DNA of 63,233 bases, filler included, from Octopus bimaculoides (GCF_001194135.2; 5 parts of 5 records of this genome joined end to end with filler, not necessarily neighbours in it); one strand, 5' to 3'; counted from the whole stretch's first letter, positions 36,860 through 50,879 are shown. A program made the numbers and translations. The notes: generated from the sequence alone by a model not told the origin.

Positions 36860-39800
36860 AAGAAGAGTTTAGGAATTTAAATATTAGAAAGCCAGATTTC
36901 TTTAGGCGTCTAGAAACGTTACTGGCAACGTCTCGCATTTTAGTATTGGTGGTGGTGGCGGCGCACTGCATTATATTTTGAACGCACTTAATGACTGCGT
37001 GTGGCTGGTAAATAGCAGAAGGTGGAGCTAAAGCCTCGTAAACCTGTTCAGAAACTTCAAGGTGTCTGACAGGTATCAACTGGATACCCCTAATGTACCA
37101 GTGTAGAAATAGAACGACCACAATGGGTCATCCATACAGTATCTAGATAGTGTATTTGTTAGTTTAGTGGAAGGTTTCGTGTAGGAGGTCTACAGTTCAA
37201 ACTGGACAGCTATACAGACCACAAATTTGTGATCTGCTCAGTCGAGTTAGATAGGATTCGTAGACAGGGACCAGGTTACTGGAAGCTACTTGCACCCTTA
37301 CTGGTTTTCAAAGATTACAGGGACCAGATTAGAGAACTAGATAAGCGACGGTTGACGGGTGCAAACGTCAACAACCGGTGGTGGGTCGCCCGAAGAGGGT
37401 GATTAGAACAGAATCGATAGCGTCAGAGAAAAATAGATTAGAGGGAGAACTAATTAGCAACCTAGAAGAGGCGATTAGTAAAGGCAACGTGACCGACGTG
37501 CTAGCAGCGAGAATGACCCTTGGCTATTTCTTCGAGGCTGAAAATGTTGACTGCATTGTCATAGTTAAGACCCGTACGCTCAAATACGAAAGAACTAAAT
37601 CTCTCCGATGGGTCTGAACGGTGGAGACACGACGTGGCAAAAAAACCGAAAGCAGGTCTTTGATGCATCGGGACGGACGCGTGCTACTCGGTTTCGAGCA
37701 AATGTGTGCGGCTTTTCAGCAGCACTTCGCGCGTCTGTTTGAGGAGGGAGGTGGGTCGGTGACGATAGCGGACTTTAATTCGTACTAAACGTCCTGCCGC
37801 GGCTCTTGGCAGCGTACGCGAGATTCTGCGAAAAGCCGATAACGAACGCTGAAGTACGGGAGACGATAAGTGATTGCACAAGTCGCAAATCACCCGCTTA
37901 GGATGGTCTACAAGTTCATGTCAGATTTGTTTGGCGGCCTCTTGGCAGACATCTATTGTAACTGGCAGTAGAAAGGGAGAATTCCTAGTTCTGTTAGCCG
38001 GAGTGTGGTAACACTGTTGAGGAATGACGCCGACAATGTTAACGTGCTAGAAAATTTTCGGCCTATAGCTGAACACAGAGTTCTGGATTTTAGCCAAGGT
38101 TTTAGTGAAAAGGTTGGCGCTTGTCGTCGGTAGTCTGTTTGGGAAAGCGCGATCCCGAGTAGCCGTATTCCACGACAACCGCTACCTTATGTGATACATC
38201 ATAGAGAAGGCTGGGACGAAAGCTGGTTTCGATGGAGTGTTGATCAGTTTGGATCAATCTAAACCGTTTCGCATAGCACGCTATGTCCGTCAGTGTTGTT
38301 TCTGGGGCCATTACCGCGGAAATAGGAACAGTTGAGAGGTATCCTATTCGAACTGGGACTTGGCGAAGGCAATGTCAGCATGTGCAAACGACGTCTTCAT
38401 TTCGATGTCGGGCACCTTCGAAACGGAGACGGGTCGGCACCATTCTGAAGGAATGCGAGTCCGTATCATGGGTCAAAATCAACGCCGACATACCTGTAGG
38501 CTTGTGGCTGAGCGCCTGCAGAGGCAGGTCCATGCATCGTTGGACGCTGGACTAGCAGACCAGTTAAACTGCTCTGAGGTTGGTTTGGTCCCGACTGTTA
38601 TATATTCACATCTATGTGCATGCGTAGGTATACGTATATATGAATACATCTTCACTAGTAGTACTATTTTGTTAAGCGCATCTACTAAGCAGTGTGAACT
38701 GTGTTTAAGGCAGATACGCACAGCGTGTATCACTCCGCTATAGACACGGTTTGTAAACATGTCAAATAAAGTAAACACGTAGAAACATAACGATGCCTTC
38801 AGTGAGTTGTTTATTATCCCACAAAGAACAAAAGAATATATAACACCGACCTCCAGGCTGATAAGAACTGGGACGAAGTTACAAACAGGGTGGCCAGAAA
38901 TGGGAGAAAAGGAACCTGTCTCTGAAAGGTCGGGCAGTGGTAGAGAATGCCAACATCACCTCCGTTATTATTTATCACTTGACCATCGTGCTTTGCCCCG
39001 GAAACCACTTGACCAGTTGGGAAATTCTGTTATTCATTTCTCTGTGGAAACGACGAGTTCCAATCGTCATGCAGTCATTCTGCTTTTAGTACACTCCGTG
39101 TGGCGGCTTAAGCGTTCTGTAGCTTCTGATGCGCAAACATGTGCTCAGGTTGTGTCAGCTGCAACGGTTCCTAGATTTTTGAGCACCTTTCGTGTGATAC
39201 TCGTTTTTTTTTTGTGCACCATAATTTGACAGAGCTACAATATTAGGTGAAGGAAAGACGAGACTAGGCACCTGGCACTGACAGCCCTCCATCAGTCGGA
39301 TAATGAGATCGGTGGACGTCCCATTCTAGCAATATATAGAGGATTAATGGTGAGCGAAGTGTGTCGACTTTCTCGGGGGAGACTCTGGGCGCCGATGAAA
39401 ACAAACTGGCGGAGAACTTTCCGCTCGAAGAAAACGAATCGAAACAGAAACCGAGCAACGGCGGAGGCAGCAGCGGAACAGCGCGCGACTGCTGAAGTCA
39501 GCCATACTACCTAGGAGCATTACCGGTTCGAGATAAACTCTACAGGCACGGGTGTGCTGTCAGACTGGCTTGCCCAAGATGCACGCAAAACGACGAAACT
39601 GTTCTGCGCGCACTCGTTCAATGTCCGAGGTTGCGCTGAGTTTGCATCATCTGCAACAATCCCTCTATTGTCGAACATCTGCTGCTGTCGCGCGTGGGGC
39701 AGATCCATCTGTCAGTTGAGTCCATAATGATAATTACTCCGCACCTTCCTTTGATTGGTCAGGTAAGGCCCTTTTCCTTTGTCTGGTGACAATTGCGAAA

Positions 39801-40295
39801 GAGGTTATCTGATGGACGTGGGTGAAAGGCATGAGTACAGGCACTTTCCTCTTTGGTAAAACTCACATCGACTTTTCAGGTTTCGCTGGAAAAAGAAAGT
39901 GAGTTAGAGAGGGAGGAGCTGTCCTCGACTGAATTTATTGAAAGGTGTGTGAAAGTGACAAAAATGGCATGAGTGATTGGCTCTGCTCTAAGTATAGACT
40001 TGTGAGTTGGAGAACAGTAATTGGAGAAGGCATTTTCTCTTAATATACAAGATCTTGGATGATGTGGTTCATTGATCATCCCTAGAGGTTCTGTATTAAG
40101 AGAACTACATCTCTGTGACTTTTTAAAAATCGTTGTATACTATGTATACTTCCTTTCTGTTTTCTTGTACACTGTGTATACTTTCCACATTTTTTTTTAT
40201 ATATCATCTCTTTCTATGCAAACCCCAATACTTTATGTCTGTCTTTGTATTGTTCCCCTCATTCGTTACCCTGGTGGCAAATAAAAGAAATTATT
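36860..40295 (+). mobile_element. L1/Tx1-clade LINE (APE end, partly deleted RT, zf-RVT, 3' UTR)
   Basis: YLDSVF, YTDHKFV, GPGYWKL, ENFRP, LDQSK, LSLKGR, LPVRDKL..CPRC..ETV; ends AATAAA then (ATT)n. Confidence 0.9.
38596..38845 (+). mobile_element. Solo LTR nested in the Tx1 LINE
   Basis: TGTTATAT...ATATAACA termini; 5-bp TSD CCGAC (38591-95, 38846-50); internal AATAAA. Confidence 0.9.
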
Positions 40296-40692
40296 ATTAT
40301 TATTGCTGTTATTGTTATTGTTATTGATGATAATGATGATGATGAAAGGGATATTACAAGGTCAAGTTCAGATTTTTGTGGGGATTTATGATAAAATCAG
40401 GAGACGGGTAATAAACGGAGATACAAAAAAGCCTCCGTCTAAGGCCATGAAAGTATACTACACATTCACGATCACACTATCAAGAACATGAGCTCATTGT
40501 CCAACTGTTATTTTCCAAACCACAGATACAAGCTTAGAATTAATCCACTTCATCTAACTGCTTTCGCAGCAGTTACTTACCTTTCGACGAAAGAGAGAGG
40601 GGGGAGAGAGGGGAGAGAGAGAGAGGGAGAGAGAGAGAGAGAGAGAGANNNNNNNNNNNNNNNNNNNNNNNNNNNNNNNNNNNNNNNNNNNN

Positions 40693-40704
40693 TTAATTAA
40701 TTAA
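40693..40704. other. Assembly spacer TTAATTAATTAA
   Basis: 44N-12-44N. Confidence 0.92.
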
Positions 40705-41146
40705 NNNNNNNNNNNNNNNNNNNNNNNNNNNNNNNNNNNNNNNNNNNNATAAGTGTGTATGTATACATGCATATGTGTAGATGTATATAGTTTGAATATA
40801 CAATTGCATTATTTAATGCAGAGCATACGTATTGATGCAAACATGTACCTTTTTTTTTTTTTTTGCATGCTGAAACTAATACTACATGAAGAAGGGCACG
40901 AGACGGCCGTAATCATGTAGAAGTCACATGGATAAATAACTCTATTTTCGCCTCTCACATCTGACTTTATATTTTGCATACTCCTCACTGAATAATTTAT
41001 CGCTCGGATTTTCTGAACTTTTCAGTTATAAGGACACATTACATTACATTAGATTGTAATTGATTGCTACATGATAGCTGCTTCTAAATGAGGAGCTTAC
41101 TGTGACAGCCTCACGATTTTCTGAATCCATAATTTATACTATTCTC

Positions 41147-41186
<40 letters not shown>

Positions 41187-43139
41187 TGGGTGCGTGTGTG
41201 TGTGTATAATCACATGAACGCAGGCAGCTCATATATACTGTAGGTACATTTTTGTGATATCATCCGTGCACCTGTGTTTGTTATTTGATGGAAAGAAGAA
41301 AAGACAAGACCATTATTCGTTGTTCATCCTGTATTTGGAGCCAGAAGAAAAGTTTGCTCGAATGTAAAGTAAATATTATTTAATAAATTCGAAATTATGA
41401 ACGTCAATGTATGAAACCAACTCTCTAAAAGTAGAAAAAGACAAAAATCAATAAAACCTTCTTTCAAATGAGAATAAAAAAGTTTAAAAAATGCATGACA
41501 TTTAAAAATTTTTTTTATAGTTATCAATAGTGGCGATGGTATTGTGGGGATTGTGGTGAAAACGATAGGGAGGAACGACTTTCTTTTTAAATATTATTAT
41601 ATAAGATGTAATTGATATATACTTCAGTGTCAAACTAGTGAACTCTTTAATTTTGTGGAGACTGCTTAGGTGTTTGTGTAAAAATGGCAGCAGGGTATCA
41701 TTTTCAACGAATCAGCGTGCAGCATTCACTCACCGAAAGAACATTACAAGTTTATAATATCAAGAAACACTACATCGTTATAATTCTAAACAAAATCTTT
41801 TTTGAAATAAACTATTTAATACGGGTGCAATGTGATGAGAAGACAGTTCTTAACTCCCTGATTAGAATGTATAATCCCACCCTTTTCAAATGTGTAAGTA
41901 ATAGCTACAGAGAATGGTCTTTATACAAAGAGGGTATTTGTGAGATTTACAACTCGTCTGTTTTTTATTCACCATAATATAAATGAAACTCACAATAAAA
42001 TTAACATTCAGATTTCGATTACAATTAATCTACTAATTTTACAGTAAAATTTCGGTTATAATCAAACCATTAGCATCAATGTTTAAGTTATAATTTAACT
42101 AAACTGTAAATAGCATGCAAAAGATACTTGATTTAATGTACCGTATCATGTGTGGTCAGGGTATATGGCTTATCCTATCACCATCCTCTCACTCATACCA
42201 TGAAATTTATCCGCCTTTGAATCTGAAGATTTCTGTGAAAGATATTGACAAATGATTAATTCTCTTAGCACATTTTACCAATAATCTCTTATGTAATCAC
42301 CAAGTACAAGAACATTGCTCGATATCATCGTCTAAGCAATGATGGTGAATCGTTTTCATTTTTAACATGGTGTACTGGCAAAAGTACAACATATTTCAAC
42401 ACAAGACATTGTTTTTGTGGTTCAACATAAAGCTTTCTTTTGGAACTCAGTATGAGTCATTTGTGGCTCAACTCAAGATCTTGTTTTTGTCGCTCAACAT
42501 ATGACATTCTTCTAGGCCTTAAGTATTCTTTTACTGGGTACTTTGATGAATAAACCTACTCCTAACCAGATTAACTGAGCAGAGCAATGTTAATGTAATC
42601 CATGCTCATTTTTTGTGACTTATTAAGTTATTGAAGAGCTAACTCTTAACTCGTCGGTTAGTTTCATCTCGATCGGCCAAAACTATCAACCAAACAATAT
42701 ACTTTATTTGGAAATAGACTAATCTCTTCTACTCGGTTGACAGGTTCATGTTCTATGATTTACACTGCACTGGTTAGCCATATAAGAAATATGGGCTTTA
42801 TTATACGTTAACATGAGGAGATTCACGTGATGGATATATTTCTTGAGAAACAATTAAATTGCTGCAACTGTTTATGTACAAGTATCTGGTGAAAACCTAT
42901 CCATTTATACATAAATTCAGGAGTGGGTAATTCAGTCAATAAAATGATGGAGATCCATTCACTATCACTACTCCATCAAGCTATCAATCTTGAAAATGAA
43001 GCAACTGTGATTCAAAATATTGGAAATGGGGAAGCAAACTAAACGCAGCAATAAGCACCAGGTATGGCGCCTAAATGTCACTGGTATGTATATCTACCAA
43101 GCTTCAGCTGCTTAGATGTTTTGCTCAACTACAGATATC

Positions 43140-43395
43140 AGGCCTGACATTTGTGGAGATGGGGCTAGTTGACGTCGGAAAGATTTGAATTCAGAAAGTC
43201 AAACCGGAAATATTGATTTCAAATTTGGGCACGAGGCCAGCAACTGCTAGGAAGAGATAAATTGCTTACATCAACCCACAGTGCGAAAGGGGTGAAAGGC
43301 AAAGTCGATCTCAATTTGAACTCAGAACGTAAGGACGGATGAAATGCCGCTAAGCATTTTACCCGGCATGCTAAGTGTTCTGCCAGCTCGCCACC
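43140..43395 (-). mobile_element. SINE family A, rearranged
   Basis: GAAAGGCAAAGTCGA..TTTGAACTCAGAACG..TGCCAGCTCGCCACC. Confidence 0.75.
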
Positions 43396-43649
43396 TTTGG
43401 GTTACATAGATATTCTTAATTGCATATAAGAAAGCGGATGAAAGAAATTCAATTTCAAAATATATATATTAGGACTGGCGGAAGGAAGGAAGATATCGGG
43501 TTGCAGCGATTAATGAGGAGGAAGTGAAGTCTAAACTTTGCAAATATAGATATATTATTGTGTTGATAATGATTTATAATCTATAGTCTTTACAGAACAT
43601 TTTTTATCTGAGTTATAGAAAAAGTAAAGACAGAGAATGCAATTCTAAG

Positions 43650-43735
43650 AAATACAAGTATGTGTGTGTGTGAGTATGTACACATGTATGTATGTATGCA
43701 TGCATGTATGTATATGTGTGTGTCTGTGTGGGGAA

Positions 43736-43804
<69 letters not shown>

Positions 43805-43910
43805 CAAATACATGCATACATACGTACATTCATACATACATATATTTATTTATTTATTTATTCATATATATGTGTGTATACATATACAAATACACATATG
43901 AACATATATA
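43650..43910. repeat. (TG)/(TATG)/(TA)n compound microsatellite
   Basis: Tandem repeats. Confidence 0.95.
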
Positions 43911-44515
43911 TGTATAATCGTTGTTATTACATTAAAAGTGGTGGAAATGTTTTCTTATATATATCATTTCCTTCTGAGTTCAAATCCCATATTCCTGCAG
44001 AAATCGAATAAAACGAGTACAGATCAAGCTCTAGAGTCGGTATAGTATTCATTACACTCCTAAAATAAAGACGACGTTTGTTCGCTTTCTTAAAATGAAA
44101 TAAGTATCACTTTATTAAAAAACCAAACTCTCAGTGTTTTTAACCTCAAACATTAATGCCTTCGAATTGTTGATAAAAATATTTTTTATATTTGATAATC
44201 AATGCTCCAGTTTTCACAGGGTGACCAGAATATGTCTTGATATCAAAGAACAAACTACCACCAGCCAATTTAATTTTATATTCTAAAATAACCATGACGT
44301 CACCAATTTACGTATATTAACAAACAAGGCTCACACACACACACGTTATCCTCACATATACATACATGCTTGCGTGCACACACTTCAGCCAGGTTATTTT
44401 TGTCTTCCTTGTCAACCCTCTCTCCGAACACTTCCTTCTTTCTGGTCGATTTAGTAGATGCAATCATTCATCCAGGCACTTTTTTCCTCTCCCCATCAGT
44501 TTTCTCTCCTCATTC

Positions 44516-44553
44516 ATTTCTGTAGAAGAGCGTAGGCTCGAAATGTCAAAGAC
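44516..44553 (+). ncRNA. Minimal hammerhead-like motif with A6U core variant
   Basis: TTT-CTGTAGA-A-GAGC-GTAG-GCTC-GAAAT-GTC-AAA after a CT-rich tract. Confidence 0.5.
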
Positions 44554-44659
44554 TTCTTCCATTTGAACTGAGTGTCAAACTAATATACGTTGTTAGTTGT
44601 TTCCTCACCTGTCACTGTTTTTTTTTTTTTGCTTTTAGTGTTATTTTGAACCATATATT

Positions 44660-44750
<91 letters not shown>

Positions 44751-44761
44751 ATATATATATA

Positions 44762-44935
44762 TGAGGATGTGCTGAAAAGCTCCTGGCTTTAAGCCCAACC
44801 TTCCAAGTTTTTTTACAGGGCTTAGAAAAACTGAAGGACCGCTGTAAATGTATGAATCTGAGATGGGAATATGTTGAATCATGATTAGGCGATCCTCCTG
44901 TTTTTTTCTTTTATCCAAAGCTGGGAACATTTGTT
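44762..44935. mobile_element. Mariner-type MITE, inverted and deleted paralog of 19448-19664
   Basis: GAGGATGTGCTGAAAAGCTCCTGGCTTT; interior is the reverse complement of 19490-19600. Confidence 0.8.
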
Positions 44936-44939
44936 GGAT

Positions 44940-45290
44940 GTTTGAGAGAGGGGTGCTTATCCTTTTGGACCAATGCGAAGGTTGATTGGATTGTGTGTGT
45001 ATTTAATGGGGAAGAGGGGACGGTGATGGAATGAATGGTAGTTATATGAGGATGGAGGTGTGTATGGCGATGTTGGACTTCTTTGCTCTTCAGTCTGCAG
45101 ACGTCAAGGATGGGTAGCACATTCCTTTGTTCGATCTCATTTAAGGGGAGACTATCTTCATTGAATTCTGAAGTTGACACGTCAGCTGGTTCAGCCACTA
45201 CAGCTATCAGGTGTTGGGGTTTATTGTCTGAATTGATAAATGAGGCTTTCCTAGGGTGCATTCTTAACTGTTTTTGTTGCTATAGCATAT
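44940..45290 (-). mobile_element. Possible highly degenerate Penelope-like RT fragment
   Basis: EIEQRNVLPILDV resembles the PLE E.E....LPFLDV motif. Confidence 0.3.
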
Positions 45291-45540
45291 AACATCCTAA
45301 ATATTGGTCTCGTTTGTTTATTTATTTGCTTGTGTCCCTTCCTTGTTCTATAATATACTAAGGGCGGTTGATGTTATTCCGTTTCACAATTTTTCTTTTC
45401 AAATACCAGAAACAATGTTTTGCTTTTATGCTTACATGATATGATCGCCTCGGAGTGTCTATTTATCGCGTTTTCTCTGGATGTGATGATTTCTGGAAAT
45501 CATCACATCTTTAATACACACACACACACACACACACACA

Positions 45541-45578
<38 letters not shown>

Positions 45579-46347
45579 ATCCCTATCTCTCTCTGGAAAC
45601 AAATGTAAGTTGTTTCCAGTCAAAAAATTTCACACACACACACACATCATATTGTGTGAATGCATTTATGCATAATATGTATTGTATGTCTACTTATATT
45701 TATACTCACACATACACATATACACATACATACGCACACACTCGCTGCTGTATGAATGAAGAGATAGAAAGCGAGCCAGCCGGTTTGCCAAAATAACTCG
45801 AACATTCCCTAGTTGCATCAATACTGCTTGCTATCATTTCAAGAATCATCATTGTTCGAATGTGTGAAATCGTGATCTTTTTTTTTTTCAAGTAAAATAT
45901 ACTTAAAAAACAAAAAAGAAAAAATAAAGACATTAGTGGAATTAGTCAAGGTGATCAATTTCTAATATAAACTTTCTCTTTCTCTATCGCAGACAGTAAC
46001 AACACCAAAAGGAAAGCAAAGATGCAAGGTGTTCAAAGATAGAAACTGAAGCACCAATACCACATTTTAAGTTGGTTGCTCCAGCAAACGACTGTTACAA
46101 ACTCCGACCAGTCTCCAGTTTTTCGATTTATTATTTTAATCTTGACCAAAATTTATAGCTTCTAATAGAGCAATTTTCATCCAATCTTATTCAGAGATTG
46201 AAATCTTTGGTTCTTTATCTGGAGATTTCTGCTACTCTTTATCTTCACTTATCTCGCTTCCCTGTGATGTTTCGAGGAGACATAGACACATCTCATTATA
46301 TATGTGCATGAATAAGTGTGTGCATGAGTGTATGTGCGTGTGTGTGC

Positions 46348-46416
<69 letters not shown>

Positions 46417-46469
46417 TATGTGTGTATTCTTTATGTATACACACACTCACATGTCAAATGTAATAAGTC

Positions 46470-46630
46470 ACGTTAAGTCACTGTAACCCAGCGGTTCGGC
46501 AAAACAGAACGATAGAATAAGTTACCAAACGTGAAAAATAATTGCTGGGGTTGATTTGTTCGACTAAAAAACAACCCTTCAAGCGGAGCTCCAGCATGGC
46601 CACAGCCCAGTGACTGAAACAAGTAAAAGG
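46470..46630 (+). mobile_element. SINE family B 3' half
   Basis: AGCGGTTCGGCAAAA..GATAGAATAAG..TTCGACTAA..CTCCAGCATGGCC. Confidence 0.78.
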
Positions 46631-47369
46631 TAAATGAGAGAAAGAAGATAAGATGTTTGAGTCTAAAAAAGTACAACAGCAACAAGAAGAAGAACGAGAA
46701 GTGATGAATACTGGGATGTAATCACTTTGATCGACATTATCTCAGGCGACTTTCAGTATTATACGAACGGGAGTTGTCTGCTCCGTTCAATATTTCTTGC
46801 GGCAGACGATAGGGTGTTAATGTCCTTATTTACCCGACATCAAAACTGATACCCAGAAAACAGATATGAAGGGAGGGTTTTTTTCTTTTTCTCTTTTTTT
46901 TTTTTTCATCTCCAAGAGATAAGCTACGAACGATCTCAGTCAAAGCTCAATTCACCAGCACCACGCTATACTAATATCGTTCCGTTACCACACCAATAAC
47001 ATATACCCCAACCACTCTAATATCACAGATAAAATACTGACGGTTCGTACGATTGATGAAGTCAGAAAAGAGGTAAAAGAAGTGTACTGCTGAGTGCTGG
47101 GTACAGCAGCTAGACACAAATAACGATGTACCCAGCAGTTAGACGTCGCTCCATTCTTTCTCGTTTTCATATGGTATTTCTTTCTTTCTTTCTTTTTCTT
47201 TCTTTCTTTCTTTCTTTCTTTCTGTCTTTCTTTCTGTCTTTCTTTCTCTCGTACTCTCTCTCCCGTATATGTGTTTGCGAGAGAGAGAGAGAGAGATTTA
47301 GGGGAAAGGAATATAAATAACGGAGAAAGGGCGGAATGCTGGACAATATTTACTAAAATAATTCGATGT

Positions 47370-47467
47370 GCATACATACATATATACTGTATATACATGC
47401 ACACACATAAATACATATATAACAATACACATAAATATATACATACGCACATACAAANNNNNNNNNN

Positions 47468-47499
<32 letters not shown>

Positions 47500-48096
47500 C
47501 AAACACACATGTATACATACAAAGATGCATACACGAAGACATATATATATATATATACACATACATATATGTGCATGCATGAATACGCATACATATGTAC
47601 ATACCGACATATATATATATATATGCACGCATTCATTCACATTTACGTATCTGAATATTTAAAACATTCATGAAGTTCAAGATGTTATATGACCCACATA
47701 TGCAATGACATCCAAGCCAGACTCCTGTGTGCGTGTGCACATATACAGGCATATGCGTACGCGTGTACATGAGTATATATATGTATATAGTTATATGTAT
47801 ATATACAGGCATGTGAGACATCCTTGTTGATATCTAAATTCCAATGAAAGAGTCTTGTTTCTAGGCTAGAATATATTTCTCTCTCCATTGGTAAGAAATC
47901 AAAATGAAACAAAAGCAAAAAGCGGTAAACTATTTATACGAACATACATACATACATACATACATACATGCATATATACATACATACGTGCTAATATTCA
48001 TACATAAATGCATAAATTCATTCGTATATACATGTATACATTCATATACACGAACGTACTTACATTATATTATATACATGCACACATACACACATA

Positions 48097-48145
<49 letters not shown>

Positions 48146-48605
48146 CATATATATACATATATATATACATGCATGTATATATACACGCACATATATACAT
48201 AATACATATATAAATATATACATGCATTCATACATACATACATACATACATACATACATACATACATACATACATACATACGTAGTACGTACGNNNNNNN
48301 NNNNNNNNNNNNNNNNNNNNNNNNNNNNNNNNNNNNNNNNNNNNNNNNNNNNNNNNNNNNNNNNNNNNNNNNNNNNNNNNNNNNNNNNNNNNNNNNNNNN
48401 NNNNNNNNNNNNNNNNNNNNNNNNNNNNNNNNNNNNNNNNNNNNNNNNNNNNNNNNNNNNNNNNNNNNNNNNNNNNNNNNNNNNNNNNNNNNNNNNNNNN
48501 NNNNNNNNNNNNNNNNNNNNAATATATACATGCATTCATACATACATACATACATACATACATACATACATACATACATACATACATACGTAGTACGTAC
48601 GTACA
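47370..48605. repeat. Extended (CATA)/(TA)/(CA) microsatellite mosaic with gaps
   Basis: Tandem repeats; contains repeat F copy at 47820-47905. Confidence 0.9.
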
Positions 48606-48899
48606 TGCGTATATACAAACATACATAGCTGTTAAAACCGCCAACACGCTGAAGCATTTTATGTCACACTTCTATGTAAGCTATTACGCACGTGACCAGC
48701 AGCTGCCTAAAGATAGTCATTAAGGTATTGACTGCCAATGAAGCAGGATGTTGTTGTTAAAACAATATACAATGCCACCCGCTGGAAAGACTACCCTGGA
48801 ATAAATAAAGTGCTTCCGTTCTTCACTAAATACGTGTGCAACAACACAAGGAATATTAATGGAGCTCTCTGATGAGTATTTCTGTAGAGAAAAATTACG

Positions 48900-49315
48900 A
48901 AGAATTATTGTAGAGATCAGCTACGAAAAGAAACTGAACGCTTTTGACAGTAGATACGTCAGGCAAATATTGGGCATCAAATGAAACTTTATCAACAACG
49001 AGGTGGCTGTCAGAAGAAGAGCAGACCAAGCCAAGTGTCTATCTCCATCTGCAAGTGCCGACCGAGTTGATTGTAACTTGTCATAAGACTCCTGACAAAC
49101 ATACGTGCAAACCAAATCCTTAAGTGGAGCCCTCTGGAGCATCGGCACAAGGGACATCCCAAGATGAAATGACATCAAACAATTTACAGAGACCGTCAAC
49201 CGGTAAACCTACGATGGAACAATGCACTGAGAGTAGCTGCAGAACGATCCTGCTTGAGTGCTTTAACTGCTTCATGCATTACTCGATGCAGGAGCACTTA
49301 AGTCTAAGTAAGTAT
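48900..49315 (+). mobile_element. RTE-like LINE 3' remnant
   Basis: KLNAFDSRYVRQILGIK..QILKWSP..KGHPK..W..ALRVAAER; TAAG-type tail. Confidence 0.6.
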
Positions 49316-50879
49316 CAGATGCCAAAAAAACCGAGGCAATACATATAGACAACTGCCTCTAACACTACAATTTCTCTATCCAGTTTAATTATAATTTTAC
49401 ACTTAAAGCAAATAATTAGTGGTGTTATATTGTTATGTTAGTAAATAGTTAAGTGGAAATATTGAAAAGCTGGATGTTTCGAGTAAAAAAAAGTAGCTAA
49501 CTCATATTGATTTTGCAAATAGAATCAGTAAGAAAAAGTAAAAGTATTCAAGAATGTTTTCTACAGTTGATCTTTTAATTCTTCACTGTTTTTGTTATCC
49601 AAATTCCAGCAATGAGGTTTTCTTTCTTTTTTATAAACCAATTCCGTCGTTTCAGAAAGATTCCTCCAAATAATTAACAGCAGAAGATTAAACATATAAC
49701 CGGTTTCTTCCTTACTATGGAGACTTCAAGTAATTAAAAAATAGAAAAGAACATATCTATATTACATACATTTATACATACATACATACATACAAACATT
49801 TAGGCATACATAATAATGCACATATATATATACATACATACATACATACACATATATATATACATACATATATATATATGTATATANNNNNNNNNNNNNN
49901 NNNNNNNNNNNNNNNNNNNNNNNNNNNNNNNNNNNNNNNNNNNNNNNNNNNNNNNNNNNNNNNNNNNNNNNNNNNNNNNNNNNNNNNNNNNNNNNNNNTA
50001 TATATATGCATGTGTGGGCACAGAACTCACGAGCAGTTCGGGCAGTTACACTTGAGATGGTTCGATCTGGTCCCCACCCCCCAAAAAAATGTCTAAGCTA
50101 GTGAATGTGTACGGCATCAAAGACAAAAATAATAAAACAAAAAAATACTGAGAACATGGTACACAATTACGAATACAAACAACAAGAAATAGCAACAGGC
50201 GTCTTTCGACTGAGAACGAATCAAATTGAGCTGACGTATATGGAGTGAAGGCCTAAAGTTAGGAACATAGGAGATGGACATAAGAGGTGTTGGCGGTCGG
50301 CTGTCAGGCCAAGAAAGAAAGATCATGGCTGGCCGGACACCGGGGGAGAGATGGGTAGGGGACAGCAGGATTGAAGGATTAGAAAAAAATCAGAGACAAA
50401 GAGAAAGGTATAGGGGAGATAAAAGAGTGGGAAATAATGGGAATTAAAGAAAGAGAACGTCAAGAAATATGAGAGAAGGGGAGAGAGAGAAAAAGGAAGA
50501 AAAATGAGAGGAGGAATAAAGCACTTAATTTCACTGTGCTCTACAATCATTTCATCATCTGACATGTGGCACATGGTGCACCTGTACAGGCAATGTCGAT
50601 TTGATGGAGGGAGTGAGCTTATGCGCACACAGACATTCGATCACTATAAACAAATCATTTGTGTGGTTATTTGGCAAGGAATTGCCATACGTCGCCTAAC
50701 GACGGCTGAGTCCATGATGAGACACACACACACAGAGTAGTTGAGAAGATGTCTATTCATTGCGTATATAATGAAGAGATAATCAATAGTTCAATTCATG
50801 CGACAAAGGATGCATTATATAAAATGATGTGATATTACATAATTTTCATTATTGCTTTTTCTTTTATTCTTTTTTCCTT

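Noticed and set aside
36792-37340. Minus-strand ORF first considered a Penelope GIY-YIG region
   Set aside because: The plus strand encodes the Tx1 APE motifs YLDSVF, TDHKFV and GYWKL, so the ORF is antisense noise.
40575-40593. Minus-strand AAG|GTAAGT donor after (CT)n
   Set aside because: Upstream context falls in a gap, leaving only an isolated motif.
42400-42515. Two about 30-bp direct repeats with an RSS-nonamer-like GTTTTTGT
   Set aside because: No CACAGTG heptamer at 12 or 23 bp spacing, and only two degenerate units, so neither RSS/Transib nor CRISPR.
46255-46305. CCTGTGATGTTTCGAGGAG, half of a possible hammerhead
   Set aside because: The CUGANGA side is absent, so it is too degenerate to count.
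48205-48605. Direct repeat of about 85 bp on both sides of a gap
   Set aside because: Most simply explained as overlapping contig ends in a microsatellite.
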